In this document: one piece after another, positions 12,817-25,239 of the stretch
How the letters are laid out: every line of letters begins with the position of its first letter
Position numbering within the stretch: the stretch's first letter is position 1
NCBI GenBank assembly: GCA_964016885.1
Contig: CAXHJY010000702.1
Location: 131,428-195,427 of the forward strand
Length of the DNA: 64,000 nucleotides
Direction: 5' to 3'
Source of the DNA: Eledone cirrhosa
Taxonomy: Eukaryota
Made by a program: the position numbers and the translations under genes
Notes under the pieces: generated by a model
What the model was told of the DNA's origin: nothing
Databases searched by the model: none
The model's input: only the letters and a program-made list of their open reading frames with translations

Positions 12817-14876
12817 ATCATCATCATCATCGTTTAACGTCCGTGTTCCACGCTTGCATGGGTTTGGGCGGGGGTTTTCCCACTTGAGGCAAGAGTGGTT
12901 ATCTTGCTCGCATAGGACTATCTGGCAGGTTTTCTACAGCTGGATGCCCTTCCTAACACCAACCACATTTACAGTGTGGGGCTGGGAGGTTTTTACCGTG
13001 TTGCCTACACGGCCACATTACAGCGTGAACTGTGTGTTTTTTTGACGTGACACCTACACGATCTCATTTGTTTCGGCCTGCATGTTGTGGCACCAACATA
13101 ACTTTACATTGAAAGGGGCGGTGTGGATGGGGTGGGGTGGGTGGGACGGAGGTGTATTTTGTTAGAGATCCCTACTGACTGTAGTAGGTTTTACTTTGTA
13201 TTTAGGTAAGGCGGGTCTTCTCTATTACTGAGTACCGCCAAAGGTCTCGGTCCAGTGACATTGTCTTGGTGAGGTGTAAGTGTGTGAGGTCGGAATTTAT
13301 CAGCTCGTCCCAGGTTTTTCTGGGTCTGCCTATTCCGTGGCTACCGTCTATCTTTATTGCCCTGCACTTTGTTATACAGCTATCGTTCTTCATGCGCATC
13401 ACGTGACCATACCAACGTAGCCTTCTCTCGAGTAAACAATATCTGATCCCTCTTATTTCTAATTTTTTCCTTAGTTCGTTTATGCTTTGCCGTTCACGTA
13501 TATTACTATTACACATCCAGCGGAGCATGCAAGCTTCGTTTCTCTCTAGTCTGTGTATATCCTCTGCACACAATGCCCAGGTCTCACTGCCATGCAACAT
13601 TGCTGTTCGTATGCAGGCATCGTACAACCTGCCTTTCTTTTTTAGGGAGAACCCTTTAGCGGCTAATAGCGGTATAAGCTCTCTGAACTTTTTCCATCCA
13701 GTTCTGACTCTAGCTACTGTACTTTCAGAGCACCCTCCCCACTGCTGATTTTGTCACCCAGGTAACGGAAGCTGTCGACTATTTCTATAGAACCCTCTGC
13801 GCAGTTGAAAGAGCTAGTATTTTGTGGGCACTTGCTGCTACTTATTTCCCCAGAGCACCGGCCACATGTAAAATCTATGTTCTTAGTTAGCTTACCTGTG
13901 ATCCCACTACATCTTTTATGCACCCATACCTTGCATTTGGGACACAAAATGGAGTTTCTACCTACGCCTTTCCTACACATTGAGCATGGCCACTTCCCGG
14001 AGGGGACCGCTGCCTTATTTTCTTTGTTACAAACTAGAACTTTAGTCTTAGCCAGGTTAATTTTAAGGCCTTTTGATTCTAGGCCGTGCTTCCATGTTTG
14101 GAATTTCTTCTCTAGCTCGGCCATTGATTCAGCTATGAGCGTTAGATCATCTGCGTATAGGAGTTCCCATGGGCAGCCAGTCTTGAACTCCACTGTTATA
14201 GCCTGGAGGGCAATAATAAATAGTAGGGGGCTAAGAACAGAGCCCTGATGAACACCAACTTTTACGCTAAACTCTTCACTATATTCGTTGTTAATTCTAA
14301 CCTTGCTGACTGTTTCTTTATACATGGCTTGTATAGCTCTCACAAGCCATTCATCAACACCTAGTTTTCTAAGAGCCCACCAGATAATGGAACGGGGGAC
14401 TCTGTCGAAGGCTTTCTCCAAGTCGACGAAAGCTAAGTATAGGGGTTTACTTTTAGCTAGGTACTTCTCCTGTAGTCGTCGTACAATAAAAAGAGCGTCT
14501 GTGGTACTTTTGCCTGACACAAACCCGAACTGCATTTCATCTAGATCAATTCTCTCTCTGATTAGTTGCGCTATTACTTTTTCCGTGACCTTCATGACCT
14601 GGTCGATTAATTTAATGCCTCTATAGTTACTCCTATCTAGGGCATCTCCTTTACCCTTATAACAGTTAACGATGATGCTGCTATGCCAGTCCTTCGGAAC
14701 AACCCCATTCTGTATGACTTGGTTGACTATCCGGGTGACCATGGTGTGTCCCACCGTACCAGATGCCTTCAGCATCTCGGCAACTATTTCCGAAGGCCCA
14801 GCCGCCTTACCCGTCTTCATATCTTTGATTGCCTTACTTATTATACTACCCTCTACTAACACTGCTGGTCCCTCTC
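12817..14876 (-). mobile_element. 5'-truncated RTE copy with frameshift, tail-to-tail with the 8953-11639 copy
   Basis: ORFs 13714-14862 and 13202-13627 match the + copy protein. (ATC)n tail at 12817. Confidence 0.92.
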
Positions 14877-15115
14877 ATGTCTATGCCCAGGTCTCGTATC
14901 GATTTTGATACGGGGATATCGGTCCCTCCTGGTCCTGTGTAGTTGTGTCGTACTATATTTGTGTTTGCAGGTTTGTTTGGAGGTTTGTATTGTAGGGCTT
15001 GGAATTTGCCAGCATTAAACTGCATGTTGTTTTCTTCCGCCCATTTGTATATCGCATCCAGATCCTGCTGTAAAAGGGCAGCGTCATTGGGTTTTTGATT
15101 GCCTGTGCTACCTTA
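14874..15115 (-). mobile_element. Fragment of a different CR1-group RT
   Basis: Minus strand translates to ...LLQQDLDAIYKWAEENNMQFNAGKFQAL...SIRDLGIDM. Confidence 0.75.
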
Positions 15116-15743
15116 GTGCATGAAAGACGACAGCTGTATAAAAAAGTGCAGAGCGATCAAAATTGATGGTAGTTATGGAGTAGGTAGACCCAGAAAAACC
15201 TGGGACGATTTGATAAATTCCGACCTTACACACTTGCACCTCTCTAAGACAATGTCACTGGACCGAGATCTTTGGCGCTATACAGTAATACAGAAGACCC
15301 GCCTTGCCTATGTACAAAGTGAAACCTACAGTCAGTAGGCACCTGTTAACCAAATATACACCCCAATCCACTACCCCTACCCTATCCTCCCACTCCCACT
15401 CATATTATCCTCTCTCTGTAAAGTTGGTACCCCAACATCCAGTCCAAATAAATGAGATAATGAGATCGAGATCATGTAGGTGTCACAACAAAAACAACAA
15501 AAAAACACACAGTCTACGCTGTAATGTGGCGGGTAGTTAACACAGTAAAAATTTCCCAGTTCCACACTGTAAATGTGGTTGGTGTTATGAAGGGCATCCA
15601 TCCGTAGAAAACCTGCCAGATAGTCCTATATGAGCGAGATACGGTCACCCAACCAACCTTGCCTCAAGTGGGACAACTCCCATCTAACCCATGCTCGCTT
15701 TGAAGATAGATGTTAAACGAAGAAGATGATGATGATGATGATA
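15116..15743 (+). mobile_element. Older, diverged RTE 3' fragment
   Basis: ORF 15120-15338 ([10 protein letters not shown]...DRDLWRY), diverged 3' UTR, (GAT)n tail. Confidence 0.85.
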
Positions 15744-16287
15744 TATATAAATTTTCATGTTGAAATTATAACGTACTAATTTCAATAATGATATAATGTG
15801 GAAAAGTAGTTGAATTGGTAATCATTTGGGCATTGGATTAAATGACATGGTATTCGTTCCAGCTTACTGCTCTGAGTTCAAATTCCTCCCAGACGGACTT
15901 TTTATTTCATCCTTCATAAATAAAGTTCAAGTCAAATAACGACGATGAATTTTCCTCTTTTTCTATTTTTCTCACTTTCGCATCCTATTTTCGTCTCTCT
16001 GGAAGAAATCGATTATATCCAAACCTGGAGAGTGTTGGCTGCCTCTACAAGGGCCATTCCCTTTTGTAACATGCTGGCAGGCAGGCAGACGAGTGGGCAG
16101 GCAGGCAGGCAGGGTCTAAAACTAGTTAGACCATTACTCAACAGTTTACTTGGAATAGTAGAGCATTGCTATACTATAAAATGTGTGTTCCTGATGGTTG
16201 ATCTCTTGCCATTTCCAGGGTTTGGATGAAACTGTTGAAACACAAGAGCTCAGCTGCCAGGCCCATTCTTCATAATATATATATATA

Positions 16288-16697
16288 TGGTGGCTGCCAA
16301 CTCGTTTTCGAGTACGGCCACTACTTTATATCCATGTAGGAGAACCCCTACTGATGCGCTGAAAGAGTGTGATTTTTTAGTCCAACCAGCGACTTGAAAA
16401 CTCTGGTACAAACACTACACTTGTGACAATTATTGACACATAGTGCTGGGCCCATGGTACCATGTGATGACACGTGCAGAGAGATCTCCAGATATAAAGC
16501 AATGCCTGTGCCGTGAAGCTTTTATAGTGAGCAAAGGCACTGCACAAAGCCAGTCCCACTCTCTTAACCAAGATGATATTTACCAAAAAGAAGAACAAGT
16601 CAACATCATTGGATACCATCAGGGTTGCAGGTGTTATATCAGAGATTTCCTTCTCCTAGAATTCTGCCTTGACAAAGGCTAAGGGGTCATCTCTCCA
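16288..16697 (-). mobile_element. 5'-truncated non-autonomous element built on an RTE 5' UTR
   Basis: Reverse complement of 59903-60310. Its 3' end ...GAGTTGGCAGCCACCA abuts TA, as in the copies at 40431 and 59704. Confidence 0.8.
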
Positions 16698-16784
16698 TAT
16701 ATGTATGTATATATATATATGTATATATATATATACATACATATATATATATGTGTACATACATATATATATATATACATACAT

Positions 16785-17261
16785 ATATATTGGTAAACGG
16801 AATAGAAAATGCTGACAAATTTTTCACAGTTGAAAAATGGTTTAATTAGGAATAAAAGAGTATTAGTAATTGTATGGGTTAGTATTCAGTTGTGGTTTTA
16901 AGTTTTTAAGTTTTTACCGGTTGCGCATTTCTAAATGCTTTTCAAAAATAATTTTGAGATAGAGTGTCCGTGTTGTTTGCTCTGATCTGATTAGTTTTGG
17001 GAATTCTACCACTTTTTATGTTAAAAAAGTGGCTCCAGCGCTAGTTTGGTGTTGCAAAAATTCTTGTGGTCAAAACAATTTTGATTGGTCGGTAGAGGTC
17101 ATGTGAATGTAAACAATTGATTTTGCGCCAAGACTGTTTTTATGTTAAAAAAGTGGCTCCAGCACTACTTGGTGTTTGCAAAAATTCTTGTGGTCAAAAC
17201 AATTTTCTATTCCGTTTACCAATATATAATAACTTGTGTGTTACACCTCTATTCTTTTAAC

Positions 17262-17262
<1 letters not shown>
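16785..17262 (-). mobile_element. TA-flanked Penelope-like terminal module with short inverted repeat and hammerhead-like motif
   Basis: Inverted repeat 16790-16810 / 17202-17222. Internal direct repeat about 17013-17082 / 17137-17206. Minus-strand motif TTT-TTGAAAA-GCATT.TAGA.AATGC-GCAA-CCGG-TA-AAA at 16911-16948. Confidence 0.6.
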
Positions 17263-17298
<36 letters not shown>

Positions 17299-17345
17299 CG
17301 AGAGAGAGATGTGAGAAAAACCACAGACCCTCCATCTCAACTCAC

Positions 17346-17381
17346 CTTTTGAAAAGCAGAAGAACTGCGAAACCGGTAAAG
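17346..17381 (+). ncRNA. Minimal type I hammerhead motif, U3-A8 core variant
   Basis: CTT-TTGAAAA-GCAG.AAGAA.CTGC-GAA-A.CCGG.T-A-AAG: 3-bp stem I, 4-bp stem II, palindromic stem III. Confidence 0.65.
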
Positions 17382-17571
17382 AAACCAAATAAATATATAT
17401 ATTTTTAAAAAAAATAAGACTCCAGTTGCATTTTCGATTTCATCTCTTTTTCTTTATACTTTCACTCGTGTAGGACACCTCGGTTATTTTTCATTTTGTA
17501 AAAAAAACCTCACTTTCTAATATAGATATATATATATAGATATATATATATAGATATATACATATATATAG

Positions 17572-17642
<71 letters not shown>

Positions 17643-17772
17643 CATGGAAAGTTATATTTAAATTGTTGGGTTAACAACGAGTAAATATTTATAACTGATA
17701 TAAAAGCACTCAAGTATTTGGAGTATATTTATGATATTAAATAAATGGAAACTATATTTATAAAACCATATT

Positions 17773-17838
17773 TATTTCATTATATATATTTCAGGGATAT
17801 CATATTAACAATATGTTATGCCTTCATCAGACAAAATA
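17773..17838 (-). ncRNA. Type I hammerhead ribozyme motif (mirror copy)
   Basis: Reverse complement of 18070-18135. Confidence 0.72.
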
Positions 17839-18069
17839 CAATATAAACAGTCTTATAAATAAATAGATATGACATACCTTTCAATCGACTTGCATTTGGG
17901 AAGTTGATTTGGCAGTAAAAAATATTGTGGACAGTTGTAAAAAGAAAGAGAGAAAGAAAGAAAGAAAGAAAAACTGTCCACAATATTTTTTACTGCCAAA
18001 TCAACTTCCCAAATGCAAGTCGATTGAAAGGTATGTCATATCTATTTATTTATAAGACTGTTTATATTG

Positions 18070-18135
18070 TATTTTGTCTGATGAAGGCATAACATATTGT
18101 TAATATGATATCCCTGAAATATATATAATGAAATA
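18070..18135 (+). ncRNA. Type I hammerhead ribozyme motif
   Basis: Stem I TATTTTGT/ATGAAATA (2 wobbles), CTGATGA, stem II AGG.c.ATA.a.CATATT-gtt-AATATG.a.TAT.c.CCT, GAA, palindromic stem III ATATATAT, H17=A. Confidence 0.75.
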
Positions 18136-18172
18136 AATATGGTTTTATAAATATAGTTTCCATTTATTTAAT

Positions 18173-18322
<150 letters not shown>

Positions 18323-18709
18323 CATATATATATATAGACATACATATATATATATAGACATACATATATATATATAGACATACATATATATATATAGACA
18401 TACATATATATATATAGACATACACATATATATATACATACACATATATATATACATACACATATATATATACATACACATATATATATACATACATACA
18501 CATATATATATATATACATACATACATACAAATATACATATATATACATACACACATATATATATATACATACACATATACATATATATACATACACACA
18601 TATATATATATACATACACATATATATATATATATATACATACACATATATATATACATACATATATATATATATACATATATATATACATACATACATA
18701 TATATACAT

Positions 18710-18738
<29 letters not shown>

Positions 18739-18743
<5 letters not shown>

Positions 18744-19437
18744 GTAGAATAATCGAGTATCGAAAAATCGGCGCACGAGTTCACGATAAACAAAATTCGA
18801 CATGAGTGGCAGAGGGCTCAATAATTCAGATAAATCAGAGCTATAACTATCGTTAAAATACCAACACACATAGATTATGTCTAAAATCAACCATACGACC
18901 GAAAAATTACGATCAGGAAGATTCGGGTCACTCAGATAAAATATCAATAAATCAATAAATCATGTGAATGTAAAAAGCTTACCCGGACCCACTAGAAAGA
19001 TGGTAAATCTAGCTTCTTGGGCTTCTGTAAATCCTTAAACCGCCCACTATCAGCCCACATAAAAATATATAAGACTTCTAGAGAGCGGCGGACAGGAAAT
19101 ACTTTATCAACGAGCTTTGTCCAGACGAATAAAAAAGCCAACCCTAGCTGAAAACGCACATGGAATCCAGCAAGGGAGATAACCTCTATATCCGCGAAAA
19201 ATATTCGGTAATGTGGAAAATCACATATCGAATAAGAGTGCTCAATAGACATGTTAAAATAAACAGGAGCTATTCATCATTTAATAGAATCGACAAAAAA
19301 TGAACAATAAAATTAACTGGTCAATAGCTAAGTCTAGAGCTAAATATAGTAGAATAATCGAGTATCGAAAAATCGGCGCACGAGTTCACGATAAACAAAA
19401 TTCGACATGAGTGGCAGAGGGCTCAATAATTCAGATA
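18739..19437. repeat. About 700-bp module with 94-bp terminal direct repeats, flanked by TA/GA microsatellites
   Basis: 18739-18832 equals 19344-19437 (offset 605). Confidence 0.88.
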
Positions 19438-19505
19438 TATATATATATAGAGAGAGAGAGAGATAGAGAAATATAAACGGGTGTGTATGATTGCGTATAG
19501 AAGAT

Positions 19506-19872
19506 TATATTAATAAAATGAATTCCAACTTTGTCTGATTTACTCGTTTTATTTACAATCCTTTAAAATTTATAATGGTATTAGAATGAAATAGGATGGT
19601 AAGTGTTAATTGAACAAGTACTTTTATGCTTTTGCAATCTTCAGGTACATATTGTGTGGTGACAGTCAAGTTTGCAACTTTCACAGTTGAAAATTGCACA
19701 CTTGACTGTCACCACACAATATGTACCTGAAGATTGCGAAAGCCTGAAAGTACTTGTTCAATTAACATTTAATATTCTACCCTACTATTTCATCTAATAC
19801 CATTATAAATTTTAAAGGATTGTAAATAAAACGGGTAAATCAGACAAAGTTGGAATTCCTTTTATTAATATA
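19506..19872. repeat. Imperfect foldback (about 180-bp arms) carrying degenerate hammerhead motifs
   Basis: Arms pair almost to the centre (about 19685). Plus motif GTAC-CTGAAGA-TTGC.GAAA.GCCT-GAAA-GTAC-TT-GTTC at 19722-19760, mirror at 19611-19649. Confidence 0.8.
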
Positions 19873-19890
19873 TATGTATATATATATATA

Positions 19891-21197
19891 TAATGCTCCA
19901 AATGCCAGGTAAATATTGAAAAAGATAACTTCGTATATTACTGAATCTTTCGAAATTTTTGTTTATTTTCAACATTATTTGAAAATCATACACAATATCT
20001 TTCATATATATCTATATATATATATAAAATTAAGTATGTGTGTCTGTGTATTACCTATAGGGGCCTACTCTTACGACCGATTTTCCTTTAAACTTAGTCA
20101 TCGGGGAGTGTTTTCTAAATATCAGCGTATCGTTTTTTTTTTATTTCGGGGTCATTCTGCAGATAAAAATAAGATTTTTGGCTCTAGCTACCACATTTTG
20201 CCACCAATCTCGTTCAAATTTTAAAGCAAAATAGAGTTTATCATTGCACATCCTGTAAGGGCTTTATATTTTGCATTTGTTGTTCAAGGACAGCGTGGCA
20301 GCCGCTTAAATATTCAAAAATAGCACTTTTAGACTCAAATTTCCACTTTTTCGGCTCTAGCTCCTACATTATTCAATCTACTTTGTTCAAATTTTACACT
20401 ACGCTAGATCAGATTGTTTCACGTCTTAAATAGGCTTTACATTTTGGATTTTTTGTTCAGGAACGGCGTGGCCGCTGCTTAAATATTCGAAAGTACCACG
20501 ATTTCGCTCAAATATCCGCCTTTTCGCCTCTAGCTCCCACATTTTTCAACCGATTTCGTTCAAATTCGAAACTTCGGTTCCACCTCACACATAAATCAAT
20601 TTATTTGGTTCAACTTTTATACTACGATAGATCCTATCATTAGCTACCACATTTTTCAACCGATTTCGTTCAAATTCGAAACTTTGGCTCCACCTCACAC
20701 ATAATCAATTTATTTGGTTCAACTGTTATACTACGATAGAACCTATCATTGCACATCTTATAGATGGTGAAAGGCAAATCGATGGCACTGACGTCGTCTG
20801 AGCTTTTAGTTGTGTATTTCAGAATTCATCGGTTTCCAATCAAGTAGCGTGAGGAAATTTGGTTTAGTGTTAGAAGTCATTACCTCCCTTCCCCAGCATG
20901 CCCCTTCGTCAGTCACCCGCGTTTCTCAGTAATAGAAGTCTTCACCACCCTCCCCCATGGCCTGTGTGTGGCCATAGATGAGTCATCGAGAAGCAGTCGC
21001 TAAGATCAACACCTTTTCATCAAAGCAGATATTATTTTACCTGCCCAATCAACGCTGGGTACTGCTGCTAGTATATATATATATGAAAGATAGTGTGTAT
21101 GATTTTCAAATAATGTTGAAAATAAAAAAAAATTTCGAAGGATTCAGTAATATACGAATTTACCTTTTTCAATATTTACCTGGCATTTGGAGCATTA
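19891..21197. repeat. About 115-bp inverted repeat arms (19891-20005 / 21083-21197) bracketing the Helitron
   Basis: TAATGCTCCAAATGCCAGGTAAATATTGAAAAAG... and its reverse complement. A related, more diverged copy lies at 21744-21858. Confidence 0.85.
20011..21071 (+). mobile_element. Non-autonomous Helitron-like element
   Basis: 5' A|TCTATATATATATATAAAA, 3' imperfect hairpin (CCCA..TGGG) then CTAG|T, no TSD. Internal diverged repeats of TAGCTNCCACATTTT...TTCGTTCAAATT near 20185, 20357, 20531 and 20641. Confidence 0.75.
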
Positions 21198-21616
21198 TAT
21201 ATATATATTATATTATATTATATTATATTATGGTCTTAGCAATAACAAAAAAAATTAATGAATTATGGTTTAGATGACCTTTGGAAGGAAAATGAAAATG
21301 TAAAAAAAAAAATGGAGAAATAATACATTTTCTTTTTATAAATTACCAATCTAAGAGTAAATGCTAAGAACATAAGACTAAACTGGAACATCATTAGCAC
21401 AGTGCTGTCTAATGTGAAACTCAATTTACAGTGAACTGTAAAAGAAGAACGAAAACATCTATGGATAATCTTTAAAGACACTTTCTTTTCTAAATTGAAT
21501 TTCTCTTAAACATGCAAGTCAGCCATATAGCTTTAGTGTGTAAAACTTCCAGGTTATTTTTGTATTTACATTTAAAATATTTTCTGCTGTTTTTTTTTTT
21601 TAAACACATAAAGCAT

Positions 21617-21883
21617 TTAACCCCTTTGATTCTAAATTACCTGAAAACATCCCTGCGTTTGTGATATAAAACTATTTTTAAGTGTTTATATTGATCTAAA
21701 CAATCTTCCATCATAATTTTATCAAAGAATCTTTGTTAATGTATGATGCTCCAAATGCCAGCTAAATATTGGCGGAGTTAACCTTGTATATTACTAAATC
21801 TTTCAAAATTCTTATTTATTTTCAACATTATTTGAAAATCATACACAATATCTTTCATTAAATGTATGGTGTTAAAAGGTCAA
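21617..21883. mobile_element. Degraded piggyBac-like MITE
   Basis: Starts TTAACCCCTTT and ends AAAAGGTCAA (degenerate AAAGGGTTAA). Confidence 0.45.
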
Positions 21884-22785
21884 ATTTTTCTTCAACTTAC
21901 TGAAATTAAATTCCTTTTTTTTTTTTTTTTTTTTTTTTGCTGTATCAGTTTTTTGCCTTTGAATTTAAATTAATATCAGACATGTATCATGTAGATTACA
22001 TTACACAAAGGAATTAATTGTTAAACCTCATGCAATTTTAAATGATAGTAAATATTTAAATATTAATTATTTTGAAAATGCTTTGAAAGTAATAGGCAGT
22101 CATGGGTTGATAGATGCTATATTCAAAAACATACAATCTTGAACACATTGATTAGGAAAAATACAAGATGTCAGTCCAGTCATTGGAATAACACCTATTG
22201 GGTCATAGTAAGCATTTTGTCCTGTTTTTTATGAAAGTACTGAACTCTGAGCTCCAGTTCACCAAGCTGAGAAAATTAAGTATTAGTTCTTTAAGATGCA
22301 TTATTAAGCTTCATCCTTATTTTACAAAAAGCCAATCCGGTGCATGATTTCTTGTGTAATATTTATTTTAGAATACTGGCAGCGATCTTAATGGCATTTA
22401 TCATGTGAGTTTAAATCACATAAGAATAATTGTTTCTACAAGTTGAATTGGTTACCGTGCATATTTCCTTGTGTTGTGATAAAGCACTAAAAAGACAAAG
22501 TAGATCGATTTCACTTTCTCTGTACATAGAAAGATAGAAACCTGAGGTACAAACAATTTAAAATGATGAGGCTATCGGTATGTGTGTGTATGTATGTATA
22601 TATATATATATATATATATAAGGGATAACAAAATATTGTTATAGGTAATCCAGTTAGAGGTTGTGAATACTTCGTATTATGGATAGTTTTAGTGTACGAC
22701 GTTGTTTGACACAACAAGAGGTTTACGTAGGTGGCGAGTTTATGACTTCTCTTGCATTCCTATGTAAGTTTATCTTGGAGTAATA

Positions 22786-23058
22786 ATATTGAAAGAGTGA
22801 AGAATAACATGGTCAACAGTACACAAAAGGGTTTTATTTACAGTCTACCAATTGTTTCATTGATTAAGTTGTCTAAAAATTGCTGAACATTTGGTGCTGT
22901 GCCACTCAATTTTAAATACGTTGTTAGCTTAACCAGATCATCTGAGAAATTGTTATATGTTCAGTTTTTTCGAATTCAAATTACAGCATCATTAATATTA
23001 TTAATGATGCTGTATTAATATATACTGTTGACCATGTTATTCTTCACTCTTTCAATAT
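22786..23058. repeat. 36-bp inverted repeat module, Penelope-terminus-like
   Basis: ATATTGAAAGAGTGAAGAATAACATGGTCAACAGTA (22786-22821) is inverted at 23023-23058. Internal minus-strand decayed motif CAGATGA..TGGTTAAG/CTTAATCA..GAAACAATTGGT. Confidence 0.7.
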
Positions 23059-24330
23059 ATATATATATAGTTGGCAATATCATTAGATCATCAGATACAA
23101 TGTTTTCTGGTATTAGTTCCAGATCTTTGAGTTCAAATCCTGCTGACGTCAACTTTGCCTTTCATCCTTTTGAGGTCAATAAAAAAAATCCAATCTAGTA
23201 CAGGGATCCATTCTTCCATTATATCTCTTTCTAATTTCCTCTCTCATTTCTACTCTTCTCTGGAAAAATATGCTGTACTCAAGCCTGGTGAGGGATGGGC
23301 TTCACCTAGAATGAAAGGTCCAAGAAATGCTGTGTGCCCCTAAGGCACCCTACAGCTCAATCAGATGCTATAGGACCATAGTATACCATATCTGTATATA
23401 TCTAGTTTAGATTAGGTACATAAAAAGGGTTAGTGAATTGATAAGCATAAAATGTTGCCTCAAAAAGAACTCCATGACAAGTATAAAACCTGTCATGTGG
23501 CCCACAATGCTAAACTCTGTTTTACCAGAGCCAATGGCCATAAATACTTATTGTTGATTACAACCAAGAGCGAAGAAATATACTCACATCTCTGTTGCTA
23601 TCATTTTCTTACATCTATTTCCTACATCCATTTAAAATGTCAGCTGTTAGATAAATACAAGTTAAGTAAATGATATATAATTCAAGAATGTTCATCTAAT
23701 AAGTACATTGAAGGAAAGTTAATGTGAACATTTTAGTGACAATTGATATTTTAATGTAAAGATAATGCAATTTTGATAATAAGAACATTTTATTTTTATT
23801 TTCTCACTCAACCCTCAATGATATGTCATATAAACAGATAAAGTTATTGGATAAGTCCTCTGGCTATAATTTCTAATTAAATATATGGGTGAATATTTAA
23901 AATGAAATAGCTTAGTGTAGACGTAGTTATTGAGATTTTCATTATCATTTTTATAACATTCATTGTTATTAGAATATGGATGCTTTTCTTATTCAACACA
24001 ATTATACACACTCACATGATATATATATATATGCATATGCATATATATATATGTATATATGTATAGAATGAAATATATTTTCTTTTATTCTTTTGGTGGT
24101 TTCAGCATTGAGCTGCAGTACTGCCTTCAAGGGTTTTAGATAATTTTATCGACCCTGCTACTTTGTGTGCTACTTATTTTATCGATCTCTATCTGTCAAA
24201 TGTTCAAGACTGCCTAAGGGACATAACTCAGCAGACTAAATACCACAAGGTGTTTTTGTTAGATGCACAGATTTGTCATCCCTCTCCTTCTTGATATACT
24301 CATACCACCCTCTCTCTCTACACACACATG

Positions 24331-24392
<62 letters not shown>

Positions 24393-24564
24393 AGGATCGG
24401 AATTAGAGATTCCGCAGTTCACAGTAATAATAATATTAGCTCAAAGAAGAACAGCATTTTCAACTGAGCTCAAATATTCATTTATATTGGAACAGTTATA
24501 TTTCAGCATGTATATTTGCGTTCTCTCTTTCCATTAGGCTAGATGTGTGGCGGGCAATTCCACA

Positions 24565-24640
24565 CTTGCTGACTGAGGAACCTGTGGACTTGTACGCTAC
24601 ACATTTCAGTGGCGAAACGAAATAGATTTGTATCAGCAAG
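24565..24640 (+). ncRNA. Type I hammerhead ribozyme motif with full stems I and III
   Basis: Perfect 8-bp stem I CTTGCTGA/TCAGCAAG, CTGAGGA, imperfect stem II ending CAGTGGC, GAA, stem III ACGAA/TTTGT, GUA triplet at 24630-24632. Confidence 0.78.
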
Positions 24641-25239
24641 CTTATAGTTATAAGGTTGGTAATTTAAAACTCTACTTCGGAGATTTTATTCTGACTTAGA
24701 GTTCTTTCTATTTAATTGCTAACCTGTAGGTGCTGTTTTCCATACAGTAACGGTTAAACCCACATGTAATAATTCTTTACACACATCTCACTGTGTAACA
24801 CACTTCTCTCTGTGTAATATATTTGTATATATATATATATGCATGCTTACACAAACACACAGTTCGATGTTGAGTGCTCCAGTTCTATCAAGATAACTGC
24901 TGGCTTCAGAAATTAGCATGCAAGAAGCTGAGCAGTCCATGGGCATATGTACCCTTAAATAGAATCAGCATGACTCGGTACAATCCAGTTCACAAATAAT
25001 TAAACAAATCAGCCAGAATGAACCAGTATGTGATGCATAATTGCATCATGAATAGCGATTGTTCTTATTATACTATAGCAATATTTCAACTCTATTTCAT
25101 TGAATTCTCATCTTAAAATGGCAATGATGACATATATATATATATAAACAACCAGTTGACTTAGGTAATATAGGAAAAATCTGAAATATAACTGTTCCAA
25201 TATAAATGACTAAAACAATAGTCAGTCATTACAAATATC

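Noticed and set aside
15945-16273. 94-aa ORF and unique-looking segment as an exon
   Set aside because: No recognisable motif or clear splice signals, and it contains a (GGCA)n repeat.
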